From Dehalococcoidia bacterium (GTDB taxonomy: Bacteria; Chloroflexota; Dehalococcoidia; Lucifugimonadales; UBA3495): a DNA stretch of 64,000 bases. Shown piece after piece: positions 26,537 through 37,004 of this stretch. Each line of letters starts with the position of its first letter. Within the stretch, counting starts at the first letter, position 1. The notes beneath the pieces were generated by a model that worked only from the letters and a program-made list of their open reading frames with translations, was not told the origin of the DNA and did no database searches. The stretch is taken from the NCBI GenBank assembly GCA_965232895.1, contig OZ247430.1, positions 3,601,343-3,665,342 of the forward strand, written 5' to 3'. The position numbers and the translations under genes are program-made.

Positions 26537-27778
26537 TCAGTAAATCACCCCTTCCGCTTCCAACCGCTCGATCTCATCGTCGGGCATCCCCAGCAGCTGC
26601 CCGAACACGTACGCGTTGTCCTCGCCGATGTTGCTGTACTTGCCGAACGGTATGGGCGTTGCCGACATTTTCGCCGGTATCGACCACGAGACGCTTTCTC
26701 CCTCAGTCCACTCTGTAGCCTTCACCCCGCGTTCCGCTTCCCAATACTGGGTGTCCTGGTAAAACTCCCGGGACTTCAGGTGCGTATTTGCGTTCAGGTC
26801 CTGCCCCTGCGACACCATCCCGGCAGGCACCCCCGCCGCTTGCAGCGTTTCCATCAGGGCCAGCGACTCGTGCTGCCGGGTCCACTCGGCGATCCCGGCG
26901 TCCAGCGCATCTTCGTTGCGACGCCGGCCCAGCCGCGTCGCGTACTCCGCGGCCGCCGCCCATTCCGGATCGCCCATCGCCCTGCGGAGCCGCGCCCATT
27001 GCTCGTCGTCCGACACCGCGATCGCGATGTATCGGTCCTTTCCCGCGCACGCGTACACGTTGTGCGGCACAGCCCAGGCGTCCCGGTTGCCCTGGCGCTG
27101 CGGACCTCGTCCGTTCACCTGGTAATCCAGCAGCGCCGGCCCGCCGGTAGCCACCCCCGACTTGAAAATCGACGACTCCAGTGTCGCCGTCTTCCCGGTC
27201 AGGTTGCGACGCATCAGCGCCGCGATGATGCCCGCCGGCTGGAACACTCCGGTGTGGTAGTCCGAGTAGGAAGTGTTGACCACACCCGGTGGCTCGTCCG
27301 GCAGCCCGGTCATCAGCGATACCCCGGACAGGTGCTGCACCAATATCCCGAAGGACTTGTACGTGTAATACGGCCCATGTCCGCCCAGCCCCGTCTGCCA
27401 CATGATGATCGCGTCCGGCCGCTGCTTTCGGATTTCAGGGAAGTCAATCCCCCAGCGATCCAGCACGTTCCGCCTGAAGTTGGTCATGAACACGTCGCTG
27501 ATTCGGACCATCTCCAGCATCAGGTCCCGGCCCGCCTCGGTTCGCACGTCCAGCGTGATCCGACGCTTCCCGCGCTGGTACTCCGGCTGTCCGGCCCCTC
27601 TCGACCAGGCCGGGATGAACGACATTTCGTCCAGCACCTTGTTCGTCTCGACCTTGATGACCTCCGCCCCGAGAGAGCCCAGGATCCTCCCCGTCAGCGG
27701 CAGCGCCACGTAAGGGCCGAATTCCACCACCCGAATGCCCGCCAACGCCGCCGGCGCCTTTGCATTAGCGCTGGTCAT
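26537..27778 (-). CDS. Class III CoA-transferase (CaiB/BaiF), catalytic-type subunit
   Basis: LAGIRVVEF, LGAEVIKVE and SYSDY (catalytic Asp position). Confidence 0.9.
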   Translation of the reverse strand: MTSANAKAPAALAGIRVVEFGPYVALPLTGRILGSLGAEVIKVETNKVLDEMSFIPAWSRGAGQPEYQRGKRRITLDVRTEAGRDLMLEMVRISDVFMTNFRRNVLDRWGIDFPEIRKQRPDAIIMWQTGLGGHGPYYTYKSFGILVQHLSGVSLMTGLPDEPPGVVNTSYSDYHTGVFQPAGIIAALMRRNLTGKTATLESSIFKSGVATGGPALLDYQVNGRGPQRQGNRDAWAVPHNVYACAGKDRYIAIAVSDDEQWARLRRAMGDPEWAAAAEYATRLGRRRNEDALDAGIAEWTRQHESLALMETLQAAGVPAGMVSQGQDLNANTHLKSREFYQDTQYWEAERGVKATEWTEGESVSWSIPAKMSATPIPFGKYSNIGEDNAYVFGQLLGMPDDEIERLEAEGVIY

Positions 27779-27783
27779 GGTTC

Positions 27784-28464
27784 CTACTCCTCGCTGTGCC
27801 GGTCAAAAATCAGGCTACGCACTTCAAAAATGAAACCCGGCAGCACATCCTCGCCGGACAGGGTTTCGGGATTTTCCAATACCTCAGGCCCATTCTGGCC
27901 GGCGCGATAGAGATATGCCAGGTGATTCCGCGGATCGATACCCCAGCCCAGTCGCGTACCCCCGTCCATCCATTCCTGCATCTTGGCCAGAAATGGTGGG
28001 AGACGGTCGGTGCGAGAACGGATTTCGACCACGAAGTCGGGCGCGCCATTTATAGTTCCCCGCCGCTCAATGATGGTCAGGTTATCGTATCGCTCCTGTG
28101 TAATCCAGGCGGCATCGGGAATGCGCTGCGCCCCGCTGGGCAAGTGGAACCCCACGGATGACGGATAACTCATGCCCCCGTTGCTCCGTCGCCAGACGTA
28201 CAATTCGCCAATTGCTTCGGCCTCGTCGGCGCTGCTTTCCGAACCGGGCGCTGGCACAATTATCAACTCTCCCTGCGCAGAATACTCAAACTGCCAAGGC
28301 GGGTTATCCGTGGAAAACTGGCACAGCCGTTCCCCGAAATCGGGAGCAAGATGATCCACCCCCAGCGCCGCCAGGTTGAGTCTAAGTTCTCCGACCAGGG
28401 GCCAGGCCGCCGATTTCTCGGCGGGCTCCTCGACCGCAGTCTCTGTCGGTTTGGTAGTGACCAT
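27784..28464 (-). CDS. Uma2 family endonuclease
   Basis: RIPDAAW, PDFVVEIRS, KMQEW and LSGEDVLPGF motifs. Confidence 0.9.
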   Translation of the reverse strand: MVTTKPTETAVEEPAEKSAAWPLVGELRLNLAALGVDHLAPDFGERLCQFSTDNPPWQFEYSAQGELIIVPAPGSESSADEAEAIGELYVWRRSNGGMSYPSSVGFHLPSGAQRIPDAAWITQERYDNLTIIERRGTINGAPDFVVEIRSRTDRLPPFLAKMQEWMDGGTRLGWGIDPRNHLAYLYRAGQNGPEVLENPETLSGEDVLPGFIFEVRSLIFDRHSEE

Positions 28465-28492
28465 AGCAAATCCTCCCGGAATGAGGCGGGGC

Positions 28493-29740
28493 CTAGATTA
28501 TCCCATCGCCTCTCAGGCTCGCCAACTCGTCAGCAGTCAAGCCCAGCTCTCCCTGGTACACCGCGACGTTGTCCGCACCCAGAGCCGGCGCCGGCCGGCG
28601 CCGCGCCGACACTTCCTCGCTATGGAATACCCCCAGCGGGTACTTGATGGTCCCGATTGACCCTTCCTCGTGCTCGATGTCATGCCAGAAGCCCGACTCA
28701 GCCAGCTGCGGGTCGGCCAACAGATCCGCCACTTCGTTCACCGGCAGAAACACCAGGTTCCGCCGCTGCCCCTCGTGGAACAGCTCCTGCACCGTGTAGT
28801 TCTCCGCAAACTCCAGGAACAGCGCGGTGATGATGTCGATGTGCTCCGCGCGGTCCTGGTTCCCTCCCCGGTACGCCTCGTTGAGCACCTCGTCGTTACC
28901 GGTCACCTCGTGGATCCATTCCGCCAGCGCGTCCCACTCCCGGGGCGTTATGACCCCGGCAGCGATCCAGCCGTCCTGGCACGGGTACGCTCCCAGCGGA
29001 ATGACCAGCGTGGAGTTGGTGCCCACACGGGTCACGTTCTGACCCAGCTTCCGCCACAGCAGCGCCGGATGCGCGTCCGTGTAATAGGTGATCAGCGCCT
29101 CCTGCGAGGACACGTCGATGTGCTGCCCCACGCCCCCGTCGGCGAAATCCCGGTAATAAAGCGCGGCCAGTATCCCAACCGCCGCGTACTGCGCTCCGGG
29201 ATAATGGCTGTGCTCGTTTCCCTGCCGCACCGGCGGCTCGTCCGGCTCCCCGGTGATCTGCATGTACCCGCTGGCTGCCATCACCACCAGGTCATCGCCC
29301 GCATAATCCGCCCATTCGCCGGTGGACCCGAACGGGGTCACCGACGCCAGCACCAACCCGGGATTGTCCGCGCGCAGAGCGTCGTATCCGATCCCCCGGT
29401 CGGACAGGTAATGTCGGTCGTAGCTCTCTATGATCACGTCGGCGTCCGCGGCCAAACGGCGGAACAGCCCGCGCCCCGCGTCGGTCTCCAGGTCCAGCGT
29501 GATCGATCGCTTGTTGGTATTGTAGAAATAGAAATCCAGGCTCTGCTCGGCGTCCGGCACGTCTCCGGGATACGGGCCCAACGTCCGTGAAGGGTCTCCC
29601 GATGGCGGTTCTACCTTCACCACGTCCGCGCCGTAATCCGCCAACAACCGGCCGCAGAACGCCGCCCGGCGGTCGGTCAGGTCCAGGATACGGTACGGGG
29701 GTATCAGGTGCTCGCCGGTGTATTCGTCGAACCGAGGCAT
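28493..29740 (-). CDS. Class III CoA-transferase subunit (catalytic Asp apparently absent)
   Basis: RILDL, YGADVVKVEPP and NKRSITLD motifs; EHSHY at the Asp position. Confidence 0.88.
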   Translation of the reverse strand: MPRFDEYTGEHLIPPYRILDLTDRRAAFCGRLLADYGADVVKVEPPSGDPSRTLGPYPGDVPDAEQSLDFYFYNTNKRSITLDLETDAGRGLFRRLAADADVIIESYDRHYLSDRGIGYDALRADNPGLVLASVTPFGSTGEWADYAGDDLVVMAASGYMQITGEPDEPPVRQGNEHSHYPGAQYAAVGILAALYYRDFADGGVGQHIDVSSQEALITYYTDAHPALLWRKLGQNVTRVGTNSTLVIPLGAYPCQDGWIAAGVITPREWDALAEWIHEVTGNDEVLNEAYRGGNQDRAEHIDIITALFLEFAENYTVQELFHEGQRRNLVFLPVNEVADLLADPQLAESGFWHDIEHEEGSIGTIKYPLGVFHSEEVSARRRPAPALGADNVAVYQGELGLTADELASLRGDGII

Positions 29741-29889
29741 GGGGTGTATTCTCCGTGTCCGTGATGCTGAACCCTGCGGGCTGCGTCCCGTCAATTTATC
29801 GCCGCCCAATCGCGGTGTCAAAAGACAAACTGCGAATACACCGCCGCTATAATGTTCTCCGCCCACATTCTTGTCCGTTGAGAGCGCCC

Positions 29890-31632
29890 ATGAGCACGAT
29901 GCACCCCACCGATATCAACGCCGCCCTGGTTAACCTGGTCCGCAAGCGGAGCCCGGAACGCTGGCAGTCCGTCCCCATCGGTCTCACCCCGTTGTGGCGA
30001 CCGATGCTGGCCCTGGTCGACACCCGGGCCATGCCCTTTTCCGATGACGACCACCGCCCGACGGTCCTGTTGGTCGCCGGCCTGCGCGGCGAGACCATGG
30101 ACACTCCACGCATCCTCGTCGCGCTCGATCAGTTTGCGCGTTCGGCGGCCGCCGGATCCTCCGGCGTGGCCCTGAACGCCCTCGCCGCCAGCAATCCCGA
30201 CGCCCTGGCCGGCGGCGACTGGGAACCCGTGGCTGGAGATCCAACCGACCTTACCCGGGGTTTCCCGCCTGACGGCGGTTTCTACTCGGACGAGACCGGC
30301 CCGGAAAGCCGCTACCTGTGGCGATGGATTTGCTATCAGGCCCCGGATCTCCTCGTCGAGGTGGCACTGTCCGACGACTCCGCCCGGCAACCGTTCTGGG
30401 AGGCCAATGCAGCCGCAGTCGGCAACCCGGTCGCGTCGGCCCTGGGAGCCTCGACGGTTTCCGATAACGACTCACTGGTCGCCGCACTGGGGCGCTCGTC
30501 CGAAGACAGCCCCGGTGTCATCCCTGCCTTGCGCCTCACCACCCATTGGACCGGCCTTTCCGACTCCCTGCAATCGTTGTGGCGTTTGACCAGCAAAGGA
30601 GCCGACGTATCGCCTTCCCCAGCCCGCCTCGCCCTCGACGCACGTCGCGACCGCTCTCCGATCGAGCTCGCGCGCATCCTGGCCGGACGCTATGGTCACG
30701 CCCTCGACCCGGTCAACTACACTCAGGGCGTGGGCATCAGCGGACGCCTGCGCCTGGCCGCCCTCGATGACGCCTTGCCAAATCCGACTGACGACATCGC
30801 CGAAATGATCGACCATGTCGCCGCCGACCCGCGAGCCTATCTCGCCGACGCCGGCGGCGCAGCCCTGGCCGGCGTTGTCTGGGCCGCCCGTTTGGCCGAC
30901 TATACCGGCGACGAAAAATACCGCCGTCTCTTTTTCTACGCGGCAGATCGTTTCGTCGCCCGCGGCCCCGGCGAAGCGCCCGCTCCGTGCGACCCCGATT
31001 TCCGCGTCGAGGATATGTTCATGGCCGGCGCCATGCTCGGTCGAGCCTACCGCATCTCGGGCGATGCCAGGTACGCCGACCTCCTGGCGACGTTCCTGCT
31101 TGATGGCGGAGACGTCCAGGAGGCCAACGGCCTGTTCCGTCATGCCCGGTCGGCCCCGTTCTACTGGAGTCGCGGCAACGGGTTCGCCGCCCTCGGCTAC
31201 GCCGAAGCCCTGACCTATTTGCCGGACGACCATCCCGCCCGCGATACGCTCCTGCAGCGTCATCGCCGCCACCTGGAGGCCCTGCTGCGCGTCCAGCAGC
31301 CCTGGGGTACCTTCGGCGAGCTCGTCGATCTGCCCGGAGCCTGGGGTGAACTGACGTCAACCTCCATGATCGGTTACGCTCTCGCTCGCGGTCTTCGCCT
31401 CGGCTGGCTGCCCTCGAACGATGCGGCCGGCTACACCGCCGGCCTCCGGGCCTGCTGGCGCGCCGTGTCCGAGCGCATCGACGAAGAGGGTGGCGTGGTC
31501 GACGGCTGCATCAGCACCGGCGTCATGCCCGACCAGCGCGCCTACCTGAACCGCACCGCCGTCAACGGATACGACGACCGCACCGGCAGCCTGGCCCTGT
31601 GGTTCGCCTGCGAAATGGCCCAGCAACCCTAG
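29890..31632 (+). CDS. GH88/GH105-like glycoside hydrolase with an N-terminal M14-peptidase-like region
   Basis: C-terminal RVEDMFM, GLFRH, YWSRGNG and ELTSTSMI motifs; TATAAT at 29848-29853. Confidence 0.7.
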   Translation: MSTMHPTDINAALVNLVRKRSPERWQSVPIGLTPLWRPMLALVDTRAMPFSDDDHRPTVLLVAGLRGETMDTPRILVALDQFARSAAAGSSGVALNALAASNPDALAGGDWEPVAGDPTDLTRGFPPDGGFYSDETGPESRYLWRWICYQAPDLLVEVALSDDSARQPFWEANAAAVGNPVASALGASTVSDNDSLVAALGRSSEDSPGVIPALRLTTHWTGLSDSLQSLWRLTSKGADVSPSPARLALDARRDRSPIELARILAGRYGHALDPVNYTQGVGISGRLRLAALDDALPNPTDDIAEMIDHVAADPRAYLADAGGAALAGVVWAARLADYTGDEKYRRLFFYAADRFVARGPGEAPAPCDPDFRVEDMFMAGAMLGRAYRISGDARYADLLATFLLDGGDVQEANGLFRHARSAPFYWSRGNGFAALGYAEALTYLPDDHPARDTLLQRHRRHLEALLRVQQPWGTFGELVDLPGAWGELTSTSMIGYALARGLRLGWLPSNDAAGYTAGLRACWRAVSERIDEEGGVVDGCISTGVMPDQRAYLNRTAVNGYDDRTGSLALWFACEMAQQP

Positions 31633-31690
31633 CGAAACTCCGTGCTAAAATCGCCCAACTGCCGCTCCAATTGCGCGGAGGGAAGCCATC

Positions 31691-33127
31691 ATGCTGACCC
31701 GGCTGGAAGTCAACGGATTCAAAAACCTTGTGGATTTTTCCCTGGACTTCGGGCCGTATACCTGCATAGCCGGCCCGAACGGAGTCGGCAAATCCAACAT
31801 CTTCGACGCCATCCGTTTCCTGTCCCTCCTCACCGACCACACCATCAACGATGCGGCGCTCCAAATCCGCAACTCCGGCGAGGAAACCGGCGATATCGCT
31901 GACTTGCTTTTTTACGGTTGCGGCGAAAGGACGGATCGGATGGAGTTCGCCGCGGAGATGATAGTCAGCGAGAGCGTGCGCGATGATTTCGGTCGGGAAG
32001 CGAAGGCGTCCTCATCTTTCCTGCGCTACGAAGTCGCCTTCCGCTACGAACCGCCCTCGCCAACCGGCGGTCTCCTGGGCGGGTTGGCGCTGGAACGGGA
32101 AGAACTGCGGCCCATCATCACCGGACATGCGGCCCGGCATCTGAAATTTCCCCACAGTAAGAGCAAGTTCCGCGATAGTGTGGTGTACAACAACCGCCAC
32201 GCCCGCAGCGGGTTCATATCCACCCAGATCGATCCGGAAACCGAACAGGCCGCCATCGTGGTCCACCAGGACGGCGGCTCCCACGGGCGGGGGCGGCCGT
32301 CGCCAGCGCGAGGGGCAACGCGCACCATCATCGGCACCGAAAACACCTCGGCCACTCCGACAATCCTGGCAGCGCGTCGGGAAATGCAGAGCTGGCGCGT
32401 CCTGGCATTGGACCCGGCCGCGATGCGCCGCCCTGACCGCTACACTCAGCCGCCCGGCATCGCCGCCAATGGGGCGCACATACCAGCCACTTTGCAACAC
32501 CTGACGAACGTTGCCGAGGAATCCGGTGAACGTCCCGATGTCGTTCTGCAAATGGTTTCTGTCATGTTGTCGGAACTCGTGCCCGTCAACATGGTTAAAG
32601 TCGTCAAGGATGACGTGCGGCAACTGCTGTCGCTGCAGGTGGAGGAACAATCGGGAATCAAACTCCGCGCCAACTCCATCTCTGACGGCACACTTCGCTT
32701 CTTGGCATTGGCGGCGCTGACCGAAGTGGTTGACGAAAGCGCAGTGATTTGCGTGGAAGAACCGGAGAACGGTATTCATCCGGCCAAGATGGAAGCCATG
32801 AATCGCTTGTTGGATGACTTGGCGGTCAACCCGCACGAACCTGTTGACACTGAAAACCCAATGCGACAGGTAATAGTCGCAACCCACTCACCCTACTTTG
32901 TGCAGCTACAAAACAAAGAAGACTTGGTCCTGGCGAAACCACGCATGGCTCAATCCCAGTCGGGCGCACTAGTGGAGCACCTACTGCAGTGTCAGCCGTA
33001 CCACGGAACGTGGCGCTGTTCCCATGAACGCGAAGGGATGAGCCTGCTATCCTTGCAGTCCTACCTGATACCTCCGAAAACGGCGCAAATCGCTTTCCCA
33101 AGGGAGTTCTGGGAATCGATATGGTGA
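31691..33127 (+). CDS. AAA_21-type ABC ATPase
   Basis: GPNGVGKSN, ISDGTLRF, VEEPENGIHP and ATHSP motifs. Confidence 0.9.
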   Translation: MLTRLEVNGFKNLVDFSLDFGPYTCIAGPNGVGKSNIFDAIRFLSLLTDHTINDAALQIRNSGEETGDIADLLFYGCGERTDRMEFAAEMIVSESVRDDFGREAKASSSFLRYEVAFRYEPPSPTGGLLGGLALEREELRPIITGHAARHLKFPHSKSKFRDSVVYNNRHARSGFISTQIDPETEQAAIVVHQDGGSHGRGRPSPARGATRTIIGTENTSATPTILAARREMQSWRVLALDPAAMRRPDRYTQPPGIAANGAHIPATLQHLTNVAEESGERPDVVLQMVSVMLSELVPVNMVKVVKDDVRQLLSLQVEEQSGIKLRANSISDGTLRFLALAALTEVVDESAVICVEEPENGIHPAKMEAMNRLLDDLAVNPHEPVDTENPMRQVIVATHSPYFVQLQNKEDLVLAKPRMAQSQSGALVEHLLQCQPYHGTWRCSHEREGMSLLSLQSYLIPPKTAQIAFPREFWESIW

Positions 33128-33735
33128 CGCGGTTTCTCTTGGTGTGCGAGGGCAATTCCGATGCCCCGCTTGCGTTTCATATACAGCGGTTATTCGAAAG
33201 TTATGGCTACCCTCGGCCGGACTTCGTTGTTTCCCATGAAGGCCGTCTGTTGGTTGATAAGATACGCATTGGTCTAGCTATGGTGCCCCAGTACGACGTG
33301 TTGTTCATACATCGTGACGCCGACCGCGCCGGCGCAGACGCTAGATACCAGGAAATCACTGAGGCGGTTCAGCAAGCGGGATGGGACAGTCGCTGGATAG
33401 GGATAGTGCCCGTCCGCATGACGGAAAGCTGGTTACTTCTAGACGAGGCTGCCATCCGAGGGGCGGCTGGAAACCCAAACGGACGCATAGAACTGGACTT
33501 GCCATCGCCAGCGGAAGCAGAACGCATGGCAGATCCCAAGTCTGTGCTCCGGTCAGCGATACTAGTTGGCGCAGAAGTGCAGGGCAGAAGGCGGAGAGCG
33601 TTGATGAAAAGACTGCCGGGTATGCGAGATCAACTCCTCGAGAACCTCCCCGTCGGTGGCCCCCTCGAACAGCTCGCATCTTGGACCCGGTTTCGCGACG
33701 ATACCGTCACCGCTCTCAATCGGCTATCCAATTAA
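33121..33735 (+). CDS. DUF4276-like (TOPRIM-related) protein
   Basis: LVCEGNSD, FIHRDAD, PVRMTESWLL and DPK motifs. Confidence 0.75.
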   Translation: MVTRFLLVCEGNSDAPLAFHIQRLFESYGYPRPDFVVSHEGRLLVDKIRIGLAMVPQYDVLFIHRDADRAGADARYQEITEAVQQAGWDSRWIGIVPVRMTESWLLLDEAAIRGAAGNPNGRIELDLPSPAEAERMADPKSVLRSAILVGAEVQGRRRRALMKRLPGMRDQLLENLPVGGPLEQLASWTRFRDDTVTALNRLSN

Positions 33736-33747
33736 AGCGTTCTCATT

Positions 33748-35061
33748 GTGCACGTCCTGATCGCTTACATATCCCAGCGGACCCCGTTCTACTACGGGTG
33801 GATCGTGCTGGGCACCGCCGGCAGCAGCATGTTCGTCCGCAACGCGGCCGGCAGCTTGACCTTTGCCGTGTTTGTCCCACTCATCGCCGACGAAACCGGA
33901 TGGAGCCGGGCGCTTATCGGAGGCGCCGCTGCGGTCGGCGGCCTGCTGGCTACCGGGGCGTCCCCTCCTGTCGGGTGGGCCATCGACCGCTACGGAGCCC
34001 GGGCGGTGCTCGTTTCCTCGTTGATAATCATCGGCCTCAGCACCATGGCCATGGCGTGGCTTTCCGTCCATATCGCCATCTTCTACTCGGCTTTGGCCAT
34101 CGGCCGCATCATGTTCAGCAGTCCGCTGAACGTGGGCGCGGCCACCGTCGTGGGCCGTTGGTTCGTTCGGCAGCGAGGACGAGCCACGGGCTTGCTGTTC
34201 CTGTCCCACTCGGGGGGCATGGTAGCGTTCCCGCTGGTGGCTACGTGGGTCAGCGTGACCTACGGATGGCAGGTTGCCTGGATCGTCCTCGGTCTGATGG
34301 TTTACGCCATTGCACTGGCGCCGGCGGCGCTGCTGGTAGCCCAACGCCCGGAGGACGTCGGGCTGCTCCCGGACGGCGATACTCCGGAGGCAACCGGCGA
34401 GGCCGACACTTCCATCGCGACCTCCGCCGATACGGGATCCGCCCTGGAGTGGACGACACGACAGGCATTGCGTACGCCGGCCCTGTGGGTCCTGGCCATC
34501 GGAACGGGTTTTCTCTTCCTGTTGCAGTCCGGCACCAACGTTTACCAGGCAGACCTGCTGCGGTCTCGCGGCATCGACCTTTCGCTGTCCCAGCTGAGTA
34601 TCGTCGTCAACGCCGCAGGCACTGGAATCGGCAGCCTGCTGTGGGGGCGAGTCGTGGAAAAGTTGCGGGTGTCCTACACCTACGCCATTGTTGCCCTGGT
34701 AATGGCAATAGCCTGCGCCCTGTTCGTCGTCGCGGACACCGTCGCGCTGGCGTTCTTCGCCGCCGGCCTGTTTGGCATCGCCGTGGCCGGCATCCTGGTG
34801 GTTCCGGCTGTTGCCTACGCGAACTTTTTCGGGCGTGAGTCTTTGGGAACCATTCGCGGTGTCACCGAACCCTTCACTTCTCTGGGTCAGGCCATTGGCG
34901 CCGTCGCGTCAGGATTGGTGTACCAGTTCGCTGGCGGCTACGGCATTGCCTTCGTCATTTACGCGATCCTCGGCGCGGTCACTGCCCTTGCTCTGCTTCT
35001 CGCCAGGCCGCCGGTGCACCCGCAGGCCCGCCCTGCGCTGTCCGCCGAAACCGCCGACTAG
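33748..35061 (+). CDS. MFS transporter
   Basis: PFYYGWIV, GWAIDRYGAR; about 12 hydrophobic segments. Confidence 0.88.
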   Translation: MHVLIAYISQRTPFYYGWIVLGTAGSSMFVRNAAGSLTFAVFVPLIADETGWSRALIGGAAAVGGLLATGASPPVGWAIDRYGARAVLVSSLIIIGLSTMAMAWLSVHIAIFYSALAIGRIMFSSPLNVGAATVVGRWFVRQRGRATGLLFLSHSGGMVAFPLVATWVSVTYGWQVAWIVLGLMVYAIALAPAALLVAQRPEDVGLLPDGDTPEATGEADTSIATSADTGSALEWTTRQALRTPALWVLAIGTGFLFLLQSGTNVYQADLLRSRGIDLSLSQLSIVVNAAGTGIGSLLWGRVVEKLRVSYTYAIVALVMAIACALFVVADTVALAFFAAGLFGIAVAGILVVPAVAYANFFGRESLGTIRGVTEPFTSLGQAIGAVASGLVYQFAGGYGIAFVIYAILGAVTALALLLARPPVHPQARPALSAETAD

Positions 35062-35897
35062 CCGTCCAGGTCCACCCGCCTCAGCAGCAACGCATCCGAT
35101 GACATGATCTCTTCCACCCGCGCCGGGATGTCCTCGAAGGCGTCCAGCGCGGCGCGGATCAGCCGACCCGACAGGCCACCGCAAGCGTCGCTGCCCAGCA
35201 GGACCGCCAGCTGCGCCGCACGTTCAATCGACGCGCCTCCCCCTGATGTTACATGCACGCCCTTTTCGTACAGTTCCATGTCCCCGGCAGCCAGCGCCAT
35301 ATCACGGACCTCTTCCCACATCCGGGTGTGAATGGAGCCCGGGCTGATGGCATTGACCGTCACTCCCGTGCCCGCCAGTTCCACGCTCAAGTTCTCGGTC
35401 ATGTTGACGATGGCTGTTTTCGCGGCGTCGTAGGAGGTGTCGTTGGGCCCGCCCACCCCGGCCATGTTGACGATCCGACCCTCACCCCGTTCCAGCATCC
35501 CCGGTAGCGCCGCTCGACAACCGTAATACGTGCCCAGCACGTGCACCGAGATGACGTTGGCCCATCGCTCCGGATCCAGTTTCCATAGTGGGCCGATCTC
35601 TCCAGTGTTGCCAGCGTTGTTCACCATCACGTCAATCGTCCCGAACCGGTCCAGCGCGTGGGCGACGGCGCCTTCCACCTGCTGGCGATCCCTCACGTCC
35701 GTGACGACTGTGGTCACGTCGCTGCCAAATTCCGAGCGGATCTCTTCGGCGGTAGCCTGCAGTTCGGCATCGGTGCGCGCTGCCAACGCCAGCAACGCTC
35801 CCTCCGCCGCGTACGCTCGGGCAATCGCACACCCGATCCCGCGTCCGCCGCCAGTGATCAGCGCCACTTTCCCCTGCAGTCGTTCCTCGTCTGCCAT
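35058..35897 (-). CDS. SDR family oxidoreductase
   Basis: TGGGRGIG, NNAG and YDAAK motifs. Confidence 0.88.
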   Translation of the reverse strand: MADEERLQGKVALITGGGRGIGCAIARAYAAEGALLALAARTDAELQATAEEIRSEFGSDVTTVVTDVRDRQQVEGAVAHALDRFGTIDVMVNNAGNTGEIGPLWKLDPERWANVISVHVLGTYYGCRAALPGMLERGEGRIVNMAGVGGPNDTSYDAAKTAIVNMTENLSVELAGTGVTVNAISPGSIHTRMWEEVRDMALAAGDMELYEKGVHVTSGGGASIERAAQLAVLLGSDACGGLSGRLIRAALDAFEDIPARVEEIMSSDALLLRRVDLDG

Positions 35898-35976
35898 TTC
35901 CATTCTCCTCGCCACTCCGAACGCCACCGGGGCGATGGTACAATTCGGCTACATACTACATGACGGGAGAACACTC

Positions 35977-36570
35977 ATGAGCGACGCGTCCCCGGCGACC
36001 GTCCCGATGGTCTCGTTTACCAGCATGGCGGCTGGAACTCGCGAGGATTACCAACTACTGGAGCGCCTGGAAGCCCAATTCGCTGCCAGCGCCGCGGACC
36101 GGGTTTTGGATCAATTGCGCGGCCTTGCCGGATCGCTGGCCGGCTACAAGGTGGACCGTCTGGAGCACTCGTTGCAGTCAGCGACCCGCGCCTACCGCGA
36201 TGGAGCCGACGAGGAAATGGTGGTAGCAGCCCTGCTGCACGACATCGGCGATCTGCTGGCCCCCCACAACCACAGTGAAATGGCGGCGGCCGTCCTCAGG
36301 CCCTACGTCACGGAACGAACCTATTGGGTGGTCCGGCAGCACGGCCTGTTCCAGAGCTACTACTACGCGCACCACATGGGCGGCGACCGCAACGCTCGCG
36401 ACCGCTATATCGACCATCCGTGGTACCAGGATGCGGTGGATTTCTGCCACCGCTGGGATCAATCGTCGTTCGACCCCGACTACGACACCCTCTCGTTGGA
36501 ATTTTTCGAGCCGATGGTTCAGCGGATTTTCGCCCGGGAGCCCTTCAGTGCATCCGGGATCGCGGACTAG
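35977..36570 (+). CDS. HD-domain protein (PhnZ-like)
   Basis: EHSLQSA, ALLHDIGD, HNHSE and WDQ motifs. Confidence 0.82.
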   Translation: MSDASPATVPMVSFTSMAAGTREDYQLLERLEAQFAASAADRVLDQLRGLAGSLAGYKVDRLEHSLQSATRAYRDGADEEMVVAALLHDIGDLLAPHNHSEMAAAVLRPYVTERTYWVVRQHGLFQSYYYAHHMGGDRNARDRYIDHPWYQDAVDFCHRWDQSSFDPDYDTLSLEFFEPMVQRIFAREPFSASGIAD

Positions 36571-36572
36571 CA

Positions 36573-37004
36573 ATGTCAACGGGCAGGGACCGCCACTTTC
36601 ATTCCAGCGAGTTGAGCCTCCTTGAGGATGCCATTGACCGTCTGGACGAAGCGGTACAGGCGATGAATGACTATCCATTCATGACGGTTGTGCGGGACGG
36701 CGCCATCAAGCGGTTTGAGTTCACCTACGAGATGGCTATCAGATGCTTGCGTAGCCGGCTGCGGCAAGGCGCGCAACCGGAGGCTGGACGATTCGGCTAT
36801 CGCACTGTGATCCGATACAGCGCCGATGCCGGTTTGCTTGACGACCCTGAAGGATGGGTCCGATATACCAACTCGCGCCAGGACACCTCCCACGGCTACA
36901 ATGAACCAGTCGCGGTCGGAGTCGCCGCTGGCATCCCTCAATTTGCCACCGACGCGCGGCGATTGCTGAACCGATTGCAGACTATGCAGGGAACGGACTT
37001 ATGA
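36573..37004 (+). CDS. HI0074-type HEPN toxin (nucleotidyltransferase substrate-binding subunit)
   Basis: RDGAIKRFEFTYE and an Rx4H motif (RQDTSH). Confidence 0.88.
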   Translation: MSTGRDRHFHSSELSLLEDAIDRLDEAVQAMNDYPFMTVVRDGAIKRFEFTYEMAIRCLRSRLRQGAQPEAGRFGYRTVIRYSADAGLLDDPEGWVRYTNSRQDTSHGYNEPVAVGVAAGIPQFATDARRLLNRLQTMQGTDL

